Part shown: piece by piece, positions 1 through 9,966 of the stretch
Layout: each line of letters begins with the position of its first letter
How positions within the stretch are numbered: position 1 is the first letter of the stretch
NCBI GenBank assembly: GCA_965372215.1
Contig: CBDVBK010000005.1
Location: 2,083 to 66,082 of the forward strand
Length of the DNA: 64,000 nt
Direction: 5' to 3'
Source: an uncultured bacterium
Lineage (GTDB): Bacteria; Fermentibacterota; Fermentibacteria; Fermentibacterales; JCC-6
The notes under the pieces: generated by a model
Databases searched by the model: none
Told to the model about the DNA's origin: nothing
The model's input: the letters and a program-made list of their open reading frames with translations, nothing else
Position numbers and translations under genes: made by a program

Positions 1-56
1 GTTTCGTCAGGAGGTTGATTCATCATTTTTCGAAGCTGTTAAATATATCCCGGGTT

Positions 57-809
57 CTATTGTTGTCGCTGCTCAAACAGAATCGCGTACTTTACTGCCA
101 TGAGTCTGATGGATGCGTCGGCTTCAGGGCTTGCGAGTATCTCTCTCCAGATCCCTGATGCCTGATAAAAATGCCCTGTTACTGTGTAGATCAGTGCTGC
201 GGCAGCAAGTACTTCAAATGGTGGTGATTCTGCCATAAGGCATATTTCAAGCTGTCGCAGCGCTACATCAGGATCTCCATTATTCCAGGCTATTTCTGAC
301 TGAATCAGCGCAAGATCAAATTTGTGCGACCATGGCTGAAGCATTGACAGAACACTATCCGGTCCTTCGGTTTCAAGAAGAATAAGAGCGAAGTTATATG
401 CTGGAACAGACCAGGAAGGATCAGTGTCCATCGCTGTTTCCAGAAGATTACAGACAGATAGTGTATCCTCAGATGCAAGTATCTCAGTGGCTTCCCTTAC
501 AAGTCTTGCGGCGTCAAGACGCCTTTCAAGCGCGTCAAGGAGATTCTCTGGAAAAGGAAATCTGATCTCTTCTCCCGGCTGTGGTTTTTCCTGAGGGAGA
601 TAGCCGGACTGGATAGCAAGAATATCTGCGCCATCCTGAACATCTATTGCCCATGCAATAAAAGCCCAGCCATCATCTTCCTTCCAGGTATATCTGCACC
701 ACTCATTATCCTCAAGTGTGGTTCTATCCGGGAGGAGAACAGAATCAGATGGACCGCAGGCAGAGCCGATGAGAATAATGGAGGAGAGAGCTGAAAGAAA
801 AGGTTTCAA
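57..809 (-). CDS. hypothetical lipoprotein
   Basis: 250-aa ORF. N-terminal signal peptide ends in the lipobox LIGSAC. No catalytic motif recognised. Confidence 0.5.
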   Translation of the reverse strand: MKPFLSALSSIILIGSACGPSDSVLLPDRTTLEDNEWCRYTWKEDDGWAFIAWAIDVQDGADILAIQSGYLPQEKPQPGEEIRFPFPENLLDALERRLDAARLVREATEILASEDTLSVCNLLETAMDTDPSWSVPAYNFALILLETEGPDSVLSMLQPWSHKFDLALIQSEIAWNNGDPDVALRQLEICLMAESPPFEVLAAAALIYTVTGHFYQASGIWREILASPEADASIRLMAVKYAILFEQRQQ

Positions 810-1795
810 GACCTGTCAATCCTTTCTATCATCAGTAATTCCTCCGCTTCAGCAAGAATACTGTTCAAATCCGTCAGATTTTCCACATGCACCGCTTTAC
901 TGCGTAATCCGGATGCTCCTATGAATCCTTTGAAGTATTTCAGCAGATGTCCTCTCAGTATATGATACACATGCTTCTGGGGAATATACTCTTTCATCAT
1001 CTCAAGCTGTCTGATGATCACTGATGCAAGCTCCCCAGGCATCGGAAAAGCATCTTCGGGGCTGCCTGATACTCCTCTGAAAATCCATGGATTGCCAAGA
1101 GCCCCTCTGCCTATCATCAATCCCGATGCACCGGTTGAATTCTTCAAATCAATAGCAGCTTCAACATTTATCACATCTCCATTTGCTATGACAGGAATCG
1201 GAGAGCAGTTGACTATCCGTTTTATCTCCTGTTTTCTGACCCTGCCCGCAAACATATCAGAACGGTATCTGCCATGAACCGAGATTGCAGCGGCTCCCTC
1301 ATCTGCCAGAATTGTCGGAAGACTGTCCTGTACAGGTTCTTCGGGTGACCAGCCTGTACGTATCTTAACCGTAACCGGAAGATTGGTCTCGGATGAGACT
1401 GCTCTTACTATCGCTGCCAGCTTTGGAATATCTCGGAGAAGCGCTGAACCCGAACCGCTTCTAAGAACTTTCTTCACAGGGCATCCGGCATTGATATCGA
1501 TGAAGTCAAAGCCGAGTTCTGATACCAGTAGTGAAGCTCTCGCGAAATCATCAGGCCTGCTTCCGAACAACTGCACACCAATCGGCTTTTCTTCAGGATC
1601 GAATTTCAGTAATTTTTTTGTTTTGACTGATCGTCTGGACAATCCGGCTGCCGCAACCATCTCGGTAACAACTGCTGTAGCACCCATCGAACGGCATATA
1701 CGTCTGAAGGCGGAATCTGTGGAACCCGCCATAGGCGCAAGGACGAGACCGTGAGTGTAGCTTTTAATTGAACTGTAATTCATAGATGCAAACAT
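806..1795 (-). CDS. dus: tRNA-dihydrouridine synthase (Dus family)
   Basis: LAPMAGSTDSAFRRI near the N-terminus and DFIDINAGCPVKKV (catalytic Cys loop). TIM-barrel Dus length of 329 aa. Confidence 0.85.
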   Translation of the reverse strand: MFASMNYSSIKSYTHGLVLAPMAGSTDSAFRRICRSMGATAVVTEMVAAAGLSRRSVKTKKLLKFDPEEKPIGVQLFGSRPDDFARASLLVSELGFDFIDINAGCPVKKVLRSGSGSALLRDIPKLAAIVRAVSSETNLPVTVKIRTGWSPEEPVQDSLPTILADEGAAAISVHGRYRSDMFAGRVRKQEIKRIVNCSPIPVIANGDVINVEAAIDLKNSTGASGLMIGRGALGNPWIFRGVSGSPEDAFPMPGELASVIIRQLEMMKEYIPQKHVYHILRGHLLKYFKGFIGASGLRSKAVHVENLTDLNSILAEAEELLMIERIDRS

Positions 1796-1841
1796 ATGAA
1801 GAGGATGACTTGAAACAAAATTCCGGTTACTGTTCCGGGGA

Positions 1842-1871
1842 CAGGATACTCATCCGGAATAGAGTATCCTG
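1842..1871. promoter_or_regulatory. 10-bp inverted repeat (CAGGATACTC...GAGTATCCTG) in the divergent dus/ligT-like intergenic region; candidate operator
   Basis: Perfect 10-bp arms with a 10-nt loop are seen directly in the sequence. No U-tract follows, so it is unlikely to be a terminator. Confidence 0.3.
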
Positions 1872-2009
1872 AAACAGTCTCGAAAAAGGATCATTCTGTA
1901 TGTCTGGCGGCACTCGCAGCAGTTCTAAAACATCAGTTCCGAATCTGATTATATTGATCAGGTAAGGGAAATAGCACAGCATATTTGTTCACGGAAAGGA
2001 TAGGGCTTA

Positions 2010-2561
2010 GTGTTTTGTGATATCTGTCTGTTTCTGGACAGTAAAACTGAAGATAAGATTAACCGCGCATGGAGCATACTCAGAACAAGAGGGTTTTCAT
2101 CGCCTCTGCTCAGATCAGGTGGAAAGCCTCATCTTACCCTTGCCATATGGGAAAACCTCGATCCCGGGCTGATAATCGATGGTATAATGGACTTTGCGGC
2201 GAGTCATAGAGCCTTCCCGGTAACATTTTCATCGATTGCCACCTTTGGCCTGGCAAGCGGTACTGTGTTTCTGGGGCCTGTCATTACACCATCTCTATTA
2301 TCGGTGCATGAAAGATTGTACAGTATATTCGATGAGCTTTCCGATCTTTCGGAGGGTCTCTACCGCCCCGGATGCTGGGTTCCGCACTGTTCACTTACAC
2401 TTGGTCTTCAACCGGAGTTAATACTTGACGCTATAAGAGTGTGCCTTGATATCATAAATCTCCCGATAAGAGGTTGGATACGGGAGATAGGTCTTCTGGC
2501 TTTCGAAAAGGGATCAGTTCACTCTATTAGAAGCTACAAATTTTCGGATCCTACAGCTTAA
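2010..2561 (+). CDS. 2H phosphoesterase superfamily protein (LigT/ThpR-like RNA 2',3'-cyclic phosphodiesterase)
   Basis: Two H-x-T/S-x motifs (HLTLAIW and HCSLTLG) about 80 aa apart, as in the LigT family. 183 aa. GTG start. Confidence 0.6.
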   Translation: MFCDICLFLDSKTEDKINRAWSILRTRGFSSPLLRSGGKPHLTLAIWENLDPGLIIDGIMDFAASHRAFPVTFSSIATFGLASGTVFLGPVITPSLLSVHERLYSIFDELSDLSEGLYRPGCWVPHCSLTLGLQPELILDAIRVCLDIINLPIRGWIREIGLLAFEKGSVHSIRSYKFSDPTA

Positions 2562-3444
2562 CTGCTTTCATTTCATTGCTGTAATTTGACTCCGCATGAA
2601 AAGAACTTCGCACCAGTGGTCCGGATGCGACTGATTTAAAACCCTCGGTAAGCGCGAATTCTCTCCAATTATTGAATTCTTCAGGCGTTAGATACCTGTC
2701 AACGGGCCAGTGATTTCTTGTCGGTTGAAGGTATTGACCAAGGGTCAGCATAGTCACGCCGCTGGATCTCAGATCATGAATTGCTTTTCTGATATCATCA
2801 TCCTGTTCTCCAAGGCCGAGCATGAGCCCGCTTTTAAGCGGGGTGGAGGGTGACAGTTTTCCATAGAGATCAAGTATTGAAAGGGATAGATCGTAAGATG
2901 CATCAGGTCTTACTGCGGAAAAGAGATTCTTCACAGTTTCAAGATTATGATTGAATACATCAGGGTCTGCTTCCGCAATTGTTTCCAGAGCAGCGTTATT
3001 GCCATTGAAATCCGGCGTAAGCACTTCAATCCTTACCCCTTTGATTCTATCTCTCACTGCTTTTACAGTCCTGGCAAAATGCCCTGCGCCACCGTCCGGA
3101 AGATCATCTCGCGTTACCGAAGTGATAACTGCATATGAAAGATTCATTTCCTCTGCTGCTTTCGCTATTCTTTCAGGTTCATCAGGATGGAGAGGATCAG
3201 GTATTCCGGGCGCTGGTCCTATCGCGCAATACCTGCATGATCTTGTGCACACATCTCCAAGTATCAGAAATGTGGCGGTACCATGCTGATAGCAGTAACC
3301 AATATTAGGGCATTTTGCCTGTCTGCAGACAGTGGCAAGGCTATATTTTCGCAGAATACTTCTCACCTTCGCAGCTTCCCCGGAGCCTCTGGATGGCATT
3401 TTCAGCCAGTCAGGTTTTTTTCTGTATTTCATTTCCGCATTCAT
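2551..3444 (-). CDS. lipA: lipoyl synthase
   Basis: N-terminal CxxxxCxxxxxC (CRQAKCPNIGYC) plus the radical-SAM CxxxCxxC (CTRSCRYC). 297 aa. Confidence 0.9.
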   Translation of the reverse strand: MNAEMKYRKKPDWLKMPSRGSGEAAKVRSILRKYSLATVCRQAKCPNIGYCYQHGTATFLILGDVCTRSCRYCAIGPAPGIPDPLHPDEPERIAKAAEEMNLSYAVITSVTRDDLPDGGAGHFARTVKAVRDRIKGVRIEVLTPDFNGNNAALETIAEADPDVFNHNLETVKNLFSAVRPDASYDLSLSILDLYGKLSPSTPLKSGLMLGLGEQDDDIRKAIHDLRSSGVTMLTLGQYLQPTRNHWPVDRYLTPEEFNNWREFALTEGFKSVASGPLVRSSFHAESNYSNEMKAVKL

Positions 3445-4228
3445 TTATCAGCTCATTGAGCCTTTTTCCCTCCAGTGCTTTAAAATCACTGCAATGAAGA
3501 TCCCCACCAAGAGCATCTTTAAAAGAAGAGTGCAGGGCGTTTTCCATATCCAGCATCTCCAGACCCGGTTTGAATTCCCATACACACGCGATGCCGTCCT
3601 TCAGGTGCTGAGCAAGTATGCTCTTATGGCGTGTTGAAGTGGTCTGAGGGAGGTAGTCAAGTATTTTCATCTGATCATTCAAGAACAGAATTGATCCATG
3701 TTCAAGAAAAACACCTCTGCTTCGTGCCTGTGCGCTCCCGACAAGCTTCCTGCCGTCAGATGTACCGACTTCCCATTTTCCGTGGGACGTGAAGCATGGA
3801 TTGCTTCTCATTCTTGGTCCCCCGGCACGGTGCCGGTCTGAAGAACTGACTGATACCGGTATGTCAAGAATATTCATGGCTTTGACCATGGGCATGGAAA
3901 CTTTCCTGAGTGCTTCACTTATAGAACCGGATACAATTGGATGCTCCAGTCCAGCTGTAATACTGTAAGTCAGTTCGGTTTCATGCCAGACAGCGCGTCC
4001 GCCAGTAGGCCTTCTGACCACATGGTAGCCATCACTATGTAGGAGATCAATGTTAATCTCACTGTCACGATTCTGCAGTTTCCCGATTGAAACGCAGGCC
4101 GGATCCCAGCCATATGTTCGGAGAACAAAACTCCATCGGCCATCGCGAACCAGTTCCATAAGGTATTTATCGAATGCCATGTTCCAGAGACCTTCATGCT
4201 TTCCTGTTCTGAAATGTACAGCATTCAT
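3410..4228 (-). CDS. lipoate-protein ligase / octanoyltransferase family protein (BPL/LPL catalytic domain)
   Basis: BPL_LplA_LipB-type core (RRPTGGRAVWHE). Its end overlaps the lipA start, which suggests one operon. Length of 272 aa is closer to LipM/LplA than to LipB. Confidence 0.65.
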   Translation of the reverse strand: MNAVHFRTGKHEGLWNMAFDKYLMELVRDGRWSFVLRTYGWDPACVSIGKLQNRDSEINIDLLHSDGYHVVRRPTGGRAVWHETELTYSITAGLEHPIVSGSISEALRKVSMPMVKAMNILDIPVSVSSSDRHRAGGPRMRSNPCFTSHGKWEVGTSDGRKLVGSAQARSRGVFLEHGSILFLNDQMKILDYLPQTTSTRHKSILAQHLKDGIACVWEFKPGLEMLDMENALHSSFKDALGGDLHCSDFKALEGKRLNELINECGNEIQKKT

Positions 4229-4237
4229 TAATTTCGA

Positions 4238-6352
4238 TTACTCTCCCAAATCCAATATCTGCCAGAAAAAAGCGTACATATCGGATATCTGGTCCAGACT
4301 TTCGGACATGCCCACTGCTCCCCCGTGTCCGGCTCTGGATTGAATCGACATCAGTATGGGCGCATCTCCGGACTGAGCAGCCTGCAGTCTTGCTCCGTAC
4401 TTGAAGCTGTGTCCGGGAACCACTCTGTCATCGTGATCCGCAGTTGATATCAAAGTCGGTGGATACTCGATTCCAGGCTTGATATTGTGATATGGAGAGT
4501 AACCGAGAAGGAATTCAAATTCTTCCGGATCGTCTGGTTCGCCGTACTCTGAGATCCAGGCCCACCCGATTGTAAACAGGTGAAATCTAAGCAGATCCAT
4601 CACTCCCATGGCGGGAGAAGCAGCACCGAAAAGGTCCGGTCTCATGTTCAGACATGCCGCGACCAGAGTTCCCCCGTTGGAGCCCCCTGATATGGCAAGC
4701 TTCGGCGTTGAGGTGTAACCCTCATCTATAAGATACTCCGCAGCACAGATGAAATCGCCGAAAACAACCGGGCGGTTCTCCTTGATTCCCGCAAGGTGCC
4801 ACTCCTCACCGTACTCTCCACCCCCTCGGATACAGGGAATAGCGTAGATTCCACCCATCTCCAGCCAGACAAGTCTGGCGGCACTGAACCAGGGTCTCAT
4901 CGACGCCCCGAACCCTCCGTAGCCGGTCAGCAGCGTGGGATTTGATCCATCCAGCTCGATACCCTTCGGATATATCAGAAACATCGGGATCATCGTTCCG
5001 TCGTGACTCTCATAGAAAACCTGTTCTTCTTCGTATTGAGAAAGATCCGTGTTTATCTCAGGTGCCCAGAGGAATGTGCTTTCACCAGTTTCGAAATCGT
5101 AACTGTAAACTTCACCGGGATGGAGGAAGGAACTGAAAATATAGAATGTCTCAGTGTCCGACTGAAGACCCGAGAAGCCCCACACTGTTCCCCGGCAGGG
5201 AAGTTCAAGTTCTTTCTGAAACTCGCCCTTAATGTCATACAGATATATTTTAGTGTAGGCATCCCACGAATACTGTAGAACCAGCGACTCGCTGTTGTTC
5301 AGGATAGAAGCGCTCTCAAGTATCTCATCTGACTCGGGTATGATCTCTCTCCAATTTTCGCGGGATGGCTCGGTAATGTCGATGCAGATGATCTTGTCAT
5401 GTGGAGCGTCAAGATCCGTGCGAATGTAGAATTCCTCCCCTATGTTGCCGATCAGAGAGTATTGAGCATCAAAATCCCCCAGAAGCTCCACCAACTGTCT
5501 ATCCTCCGATAGCAGATCTATGTAAAATATTCCGTTTTTCTTCACAAGGCTCGAGTCCCAGATCCAGATTATCAGGTATCTGCCGTCATCCGTCTCATAG
5601 GCTCCCAGGAACCACTCGGGCTTGTCCGGACGTTCGTAAATCAAACTGTCCTGATCCTGCGAAGTTCCGAGACGGTGGAATAATATTCTCTGGCTATCGT
5701 TGCGCTCGGTGTATTCCTCACCTTCCTCGGGTTCTTCGTATCTGGTATAGTAAAATCCTGAATTATCGGCGTTCCAGCTGACTCCGCCCTTTGTCCAGAG
5801 GATAGTATCACTCAGAGCAGCCTGCGTCTCTATATCCATTACATACCATGTGGACCAGTCCGACCCGCTTCCGCTGGTTGCCCATGCGAGCATATTTCCG
5901 TCGTCGGTTACGACGATTCCGGCAAGAGACAACCTTTCCTCCTCGGGGAACTCGTTCGGGTCGATAAGTACAACCGGTTCGCCGTCAAGGGTCTCTCGGT
6001 AGCAGAAAAGGGAGTGATCCTGCAGCCCGTCGTTAAGGCTGAAAAAATAGCGTTCACCTCTCTTGTAAGGCATCGAGTAGCGCTGGTAGTCGTAAATGTC
6101 CTCAAATCTTTCTCTTATCCATTCCCTTTGGGGGATAACCTCAATAAAACCCTCCCAGAGATCGTTCTGGGCAGCTATCCACTCCATTGTTTCATCGGAG
6201 TCCACATCTTCGAGCCACCTGTACGGATCCGGAACGAGTGTTCCGAAGTAATCATCCACCTGATCGGAAACTCTGGCTTCCGGATACTCAATATCGAAAG
6301 CACCAGGGGAAGCACAGATCACTAAGATAGAAAGGATTATTATCGATTTCAA
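4238..6352 (-). CDS. prolyl oligopeptidase (S9A) family serine peptidase, secreted
   Basis: Signal peptide. N-terminal beta-propeller region. C-terminal alpha/beta-hydrolase with the nucleophile motif GGSNGG and a downstream Asp/His. 704 aa. Confidence 0.85.
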   Translation of the reverse strand: MKSIIILSILVICASPGAFDIEYPEARVSDQVDDYFGTLVPDPYRWLEDVDSDETMEWIAAQNDLWEGFIEVIPQREWIRERFEDIYDYQRYSMPYKRGERYFFSLNDGLQDHSLFCYRETLDGEPVVLIDPNEFPEEERLSLAGIVVTDDGNMLAWATSGSGSDWSTWYVMDIETQAALSDTILWTKGGVSWNADNSGFYYTRYEEPEEGEEYTERNDSQRILFHRLGTSQDQDSLIYERPDKPEWFLGAYETDDGRYLIIWIWDSSLVKKNGIFYIDLLSEDRQLVELLGDFDAQYSLIGNIGEEFYIRTDLDAPHDKIICIDITEPSRENWREIIPESDEILESASILNNSESLVLQYSWDAYTKIYLYDIKGEFQKELELPCRGTVWGFSGLQSDTETFYIFSSFLHPGEVYSYDFETGESTFLWAPEINTDLSQYEEEQVFYESHDGTMIPMFLIYPKGIELDGSNPTLLTGYGGFGASMRPWFSAARLVWLEMGGIYAIPCIRGGGEYGEEWHLAGIKENRPVVFGDFICAAEYLIDEGYTSTPKLAISGGSNGGTLVAACLNMRPDLFGAASPAMGVMDLLRFHLFTIGWAWISEYGEPDDPEEFEFLLGYSPYHNIKPGIEYPPTLISTADHDDRVVPGHSFKYGARLQAAQSGDAPILMSIQSRAGHGGAVGMSESLDQISDMYAFFWQILDLGE

Positions 6353-6521
6353 CTGACCGCTCCATTCGATTAAAAAGAAAAATAGAGAATGACAATAATA
6401 ATATAATATGTAAATAATTATTTACGAATCCCATCTGAAGTGGAACTATTGTCAATTTGCATGATAGAAACTAGATAATGGGTAATATGTAAATTGATAT
6501 CTTTATTGAAATGCGAGGGTC

Positions 6522-7424
6522 ATGATCAGAATATTTCTTGTTGGGTTACTCATATTTTCTGTGTTACCGGCATCATCTTCAGATGAAGTATACCGTGATG
6601 CGGGAGCGGGAGCTTTCAGCTTCCTGAAAATAGATCCTGGAGCAAGAGCAGCTGCGCTCGGTGGAACAGGGGTAATAAACAGTGGAAGTCTGGCTGGATT
6701 CACCAATCCCGCTCTTCTGGCTTCACTTGAAACAGGCACAATAGCAGCCGGACACAATCAATGGCTTGGAGATGCTTCACAAAACTACCTTGCCTGGAAT
6801 TTTAAGGCAGGTTCGGTCACCTGTGCTCTAGGCGGCCGTTTTCTTTATGTCGCTGACCTTGAGATGAGAAATGAAGCGACTACTGAACCACTAGATAATT
6901 TTTCCGCGTGGGACATGTCTTTCCATGCCGCAGGCGCTGTTAGACTGGGAATATTTGATCTAGGAGCAGGAATCAAGATACTCCGTGAAAAAATATGGCT
7001 GGAAAGTTCTTCCGGTGTCGCGTTTGATGCCGGTCTGGTATTACATCCAATGACCAATCTGGATATAGCTGCAGTGGTGCAGCATATAGGACCATCAGTG
7101 ACAATGGTTGATAACGAATTCAGGCTTCCATCAACCTGGAGGGCCGGAGCCAGATATACTTTCGGAATTCCGATCGGGTTGCTTGCGCTATCAGGGGAGA
7201 TCAGGAAACCCCTTGACAACAGCTTCTCAGGCGGGAGCGGTCTGGAATACACACCAAAAAGATGGCTTAAACTCAGATTCGGCATGAGGTTCTTTGATGA
7301 CTCAAGAGACCTGTCAGCGGGCATGGGTCTTTCAGCAGGAGATTGGATACTCGATTACGCCTTCGTTCCTGTAAAATACGCTATGGGAACAGTACATCGT
7401 TTCTCACTTCAGATGTCTCTTTAA
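6522..7424 (+). CDS. putative outer-membrane beta-barrel protein (PorV/PorQ/FadL-like?)
   Basis: Signal peptide. Gly/Ala-rich alternating amphipathic strands (AGAGAFSFLKIDPGARAAALGGTG). Assigning it to a T9SS component family is a guess. Confidence 0.35.
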   Translation: MIRIFLVGLLIFSVLPASSSDEVYRDAGAGAFSFLKIDPGARAAALGGTGVINSGSLAGFTNPALLASLETGTIAAGHNQWLGDASQNYLAWNFKAGSVTCALGGRFLYVADLEMRNEATTEPLDNFSAWDMSFHAAGAVRLGIFDLGAGIKILREKIWLESSSGVAFDAGLVLHPMTNLDIAAVVQHIGPSVTMVDNEFRLPSTWRAGARYTFGIPIGLLALSGEIRKPLDNSFSGGSGLEYTPKRWLKLRFGMRFFDDSRDLSAGMGLSAGDWILDYAFVPVKYAMGTVHRFSLQMSL

Positions 7425-7428
7425 CTCT

Positions 7429-8181
7429 ATGCGAATCCTTCTGACAAACGATGATGGTTACGATCAGCCGGGGCTTCTTGAGCTGGAAAACTCATTAAGG
7501 GGAAAACACGAAATATGGATTGTAGCTCCGCTTCATCACTGCAGCGGCACCAGCCACGCTCTAGGTCTTTATTCTTCAATGGAGCTCAAAAGAGAGGGTT
7601 CCCGCAAGTGGTCACTGGAGGGAACCCCCACTGATTGTGTAAAGATAGCACTCATGGAGGTTATGAAGGATAATCCTCCCGATCTGCTTGTATCCGGTAT
7701 CAATCCGGGATCTAATCTTTCGAATAACATACTTTACTCCGGAACCGTTGCAGCTGCGATGGAAGCTGCGCTCTGGAACATACCATCTATTGCATTGAGT
7801 GTTCGTATTTCAGCACACGGTGAGAATCCTTTGTTTGAAACTGCTTCCTATGCTCTCGATAAACTTCTTGAACATGATATCAGTAACAAAATTCCGAATG
7901 GAACGATTATCAATGTGAATGTTCCAGGTCTGGATATCAGCGAGATCAGGGGTTGGAAATGGACAAGAATGGCGCAATTCAGCACTGACATTTCATTCAG
8001 AGAAATTGAACCTGGCAGAGTATTCGCATATGACCGGTACCGGTCACTTCCCGTGATCGACCCTGATGGTACCGATGTAGACGCAATCCAGAAGCATTAT
8101 ATCAGCATGACTCTGCTTGATATTAACAGGACATCAACCCTGCAACCACCGATCCTGGAGCTTACAGACGGGAGTTACTGA
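7429..8181 (+). CDS. surE: 5'/3'-nucleotidase SurE
   Basis: Canonical N-terminus MRILLTNDDGY. 250 aa. Confidence 0.9.
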   Translation: MRILLTNDDGYDQPGLLELENSLRGKHEIWIVAPLHHCSGTSHALGLYSSMELKREGSRKWSLEGTPTDCVKIALMEVMKDNPPDLLVSGINPGSNLSNNILYSGTVAAAMEAALWNIPSIALSVRISAHGENPLFETASYALDKLLEHDISNKIPNGTIINVNVPGLDISEIRGWKWTRMAQFSTDISFREIEPGRVFAYDRYRSLPVIDPDGTDVDAIQKHYISMTLLDINRTSTLQPPILELTDGSY

Positions 8182-8184
8182 GCA

Positions 8185-9966
8185 TTGTTGTTTATTATGG
8201 CAATCATGCTTGCAACTCCGGACGCGGTCTTTCTGAATCATGACGTAACACTTTACTGTTCATCTCCGGATTCAGGTTATGAAGAGGTAACGATTGAAGT
8301 CATAATCCCCCTTACTGCAAGAGGAGTGGAGCGATACAGAGAAGTTGTATCGTCGTTCAGGAACACATGGGAATCACTTGAGATCTCAACAGCTGAGATA
8401 AGACACTGGAGATCTGGAAGAGGTTCAGACAGGGCGGTATTGAGAGAGATCCCCCACAGATCTCTTCTTCCAGGAGGAAGGCTGGAGAGTTCTCTGAGGG
8501 AGCTGTTCGTGGAATTCCCCGGGATTGAAATCGGTGATACGCTTTTTATAGAGATAAGGCGTCATATCGACTATCTGCCTCTGGATGATTTCTACGCATA
8601 TACATTCTACGCGGCGGCGAGAGACAGTATCAACGCTGGAAGTTTCAGAGTGTTCTGGCCTGCTGATCGGGAAATCCACATATCTTTCACTGATCTCCCT
8701 AAGCCGGAAATAATACTGATCAACGATACAACGGTATGCTTTTCATGGAATACTTACTCCCAGAGACCCATTGCGACTCTTCCATTCACGCGGAGTACTG
8801 CTGAGTGCAGCCCTTCCATAACGATTGCAAGCCATCAACCGTCCGATGTAAGCGCTGGATTGTTCGTTGTTCTTGATAGAACACTCATGCAGGATTATGA
8901 ACCGGTCGCTGATTCCATTCTGGCGGTAACAGGATATGAACCGGTCAATATCACCAGATGGGTTTCAGAGGAGATCGAATATCTCAGCGGGAACTGGGGC
9001 AGAGATCCCGGCTATTCACCGCGATATCCTCTTGAAACGCTTGATGAGCATGCAGGCGTATGCCGCGACAAGGCAGTTCTACTCCTATGGCTTCTTAGAA
9101 GAGCCGGACATGATCCTTATGCCGTTCTTACATCAACTTCCAGAAGCATTACCGAATTTGTCGGTTCTCGAAGTTTTGATCACATGCTTGTCGCTCTTGA
9201 TCTCAATTCAGATGAAGTGCTGTATCTGGACCCTTCGAACACTTCATTGGAGGATGGGTACTCGTACATGCTCAGAGGCGCGGCATATCTTCCATTAACT
9301 GCTTCAGGAAATGAACTGATGTGCTTTCCGGATCGGTGTAACCGGGATTCCCTTTCAATTCTTATAGAAGGTACTGTTGATGCTGATTCGGAAATAATCC
9401 GGGGAGATATCAATATCACTGTGTCAGGAGCAGCGGGCGAGCTGTTTAGATCAATGCTTGCCGGAGTACCTCCTGAGAGGACATCAGCACTCCTTGAGAC
9501 TCTGTTTGGACTGATTCCGGGCTCATACATCCATATTGACGGCGATCCGGAAATAACAGGACAGCCTCTTTCTCTGCATGGTTCAGGATCATGGGAATGC
9601 AGTATTATAAGAAAGGAGAATTCCCTCTACATGCTGCTTCCGGGACTTGAGACAATCGACATTATCAGTTCAAGGGCATCTGCATTCTTACTTCCGGATA
9701 TAAGGGATAATGTTTTTATTGAAACGACATATATCGCATATTTGAGATTGAAACTGACAGGACTGCCTTCAGGTTCTCCTGAAATTCCCGATCCGTATTT
9801 TGAGAGCAATTACAGCATTGAATTCCAACATAATAGTGATACTCTCATTATGGAAGAATCCATGTCTCTTCTGCCGATGATTCCTGATCTAAATCAACTT
9901 GATGATTTGAGATCAGGACTTCTTTCGAGAATGTCAGGATACTTCAGAACAGTAGTATTCCGATGA
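8185..9966 (+). CDS. transglutaminase-like domain protein (DUF3857-type N-terminal region)
   Basis: Transglutaminase-like cysteine-protease core GVCRDKAVLLLWLLRRAGHD, with a downstream His (DHMLVAL) and Asp (LDPSN). 593 aa. Confidence 0.55.
   Translation: MLFIMAIMLATPDAVFLNHDVTLYCSSPDSGYEEVTIEVIIPLTARGVERYREVVSSFRNTWESLEISTAEIRHWRSGRGSDRAVLREIPHRSLLPGGRLESSLRELFVEFPGIEIGDTLFIEIRRHIDYLPLDDFYAYTFYAAARDSINAGSFRVFWPADREIHISFTDLPKPEIILINDTTVCFSWNTYSQRPIATLPFTRSTAECSPSITIASHQPSDVSAGLFVVLDRTLMQDYEPVADSILAVTGYEPVNITRWVSEEIEYLSGNWGRDPGYSPRYPLETLDEHAGVCRDKAVLLLWLLRRAGHDPYAVLTSTSRSITEFVGSRSFDHMLVALDLNSDEVLYLDPSNTSLEDGYSYMLRGAAYLPLTASGNELMCFPDRCNRDSLSILIEGTVDADSEIIRGDINITVSGAAGELFRSMLAGVPPERTSALLETLFGLIPGSYIHIDGDPEITGQPLSLHGSGSWECSIIRKENSLYMLLPGLETIDIISSRASAFLLPDIRDNVFIETTYIAYLRLKLTGLPSGSPEIPDPYFESNYSIEFQHNSDTLIMEESMSLLPMIPDLNQLDDLRSGLLSRMSGYFRTVVFR

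Noticed and set aside
3970-4343. Small ORFs (84 aa minus, 97 aa plus) and many similar 60-130-aa ORFs nested in long genes throughout the window
   Set aside because: They are fully embedded in, or antisense to, long ORFs with clear homology. They have no RBS or motif support and are six-frame noise.
6353-6521. AT-rich 170-bp segment with palindromic AATAATAATATAATATGTAAATAATTATTT
   Set aside because: It is consistent with a divergent promoter or UP-element region between the prolyl oligopeptidase and the OM-barrel gene. No specific regulator site could be assigned. It is noted only as promoter-like.
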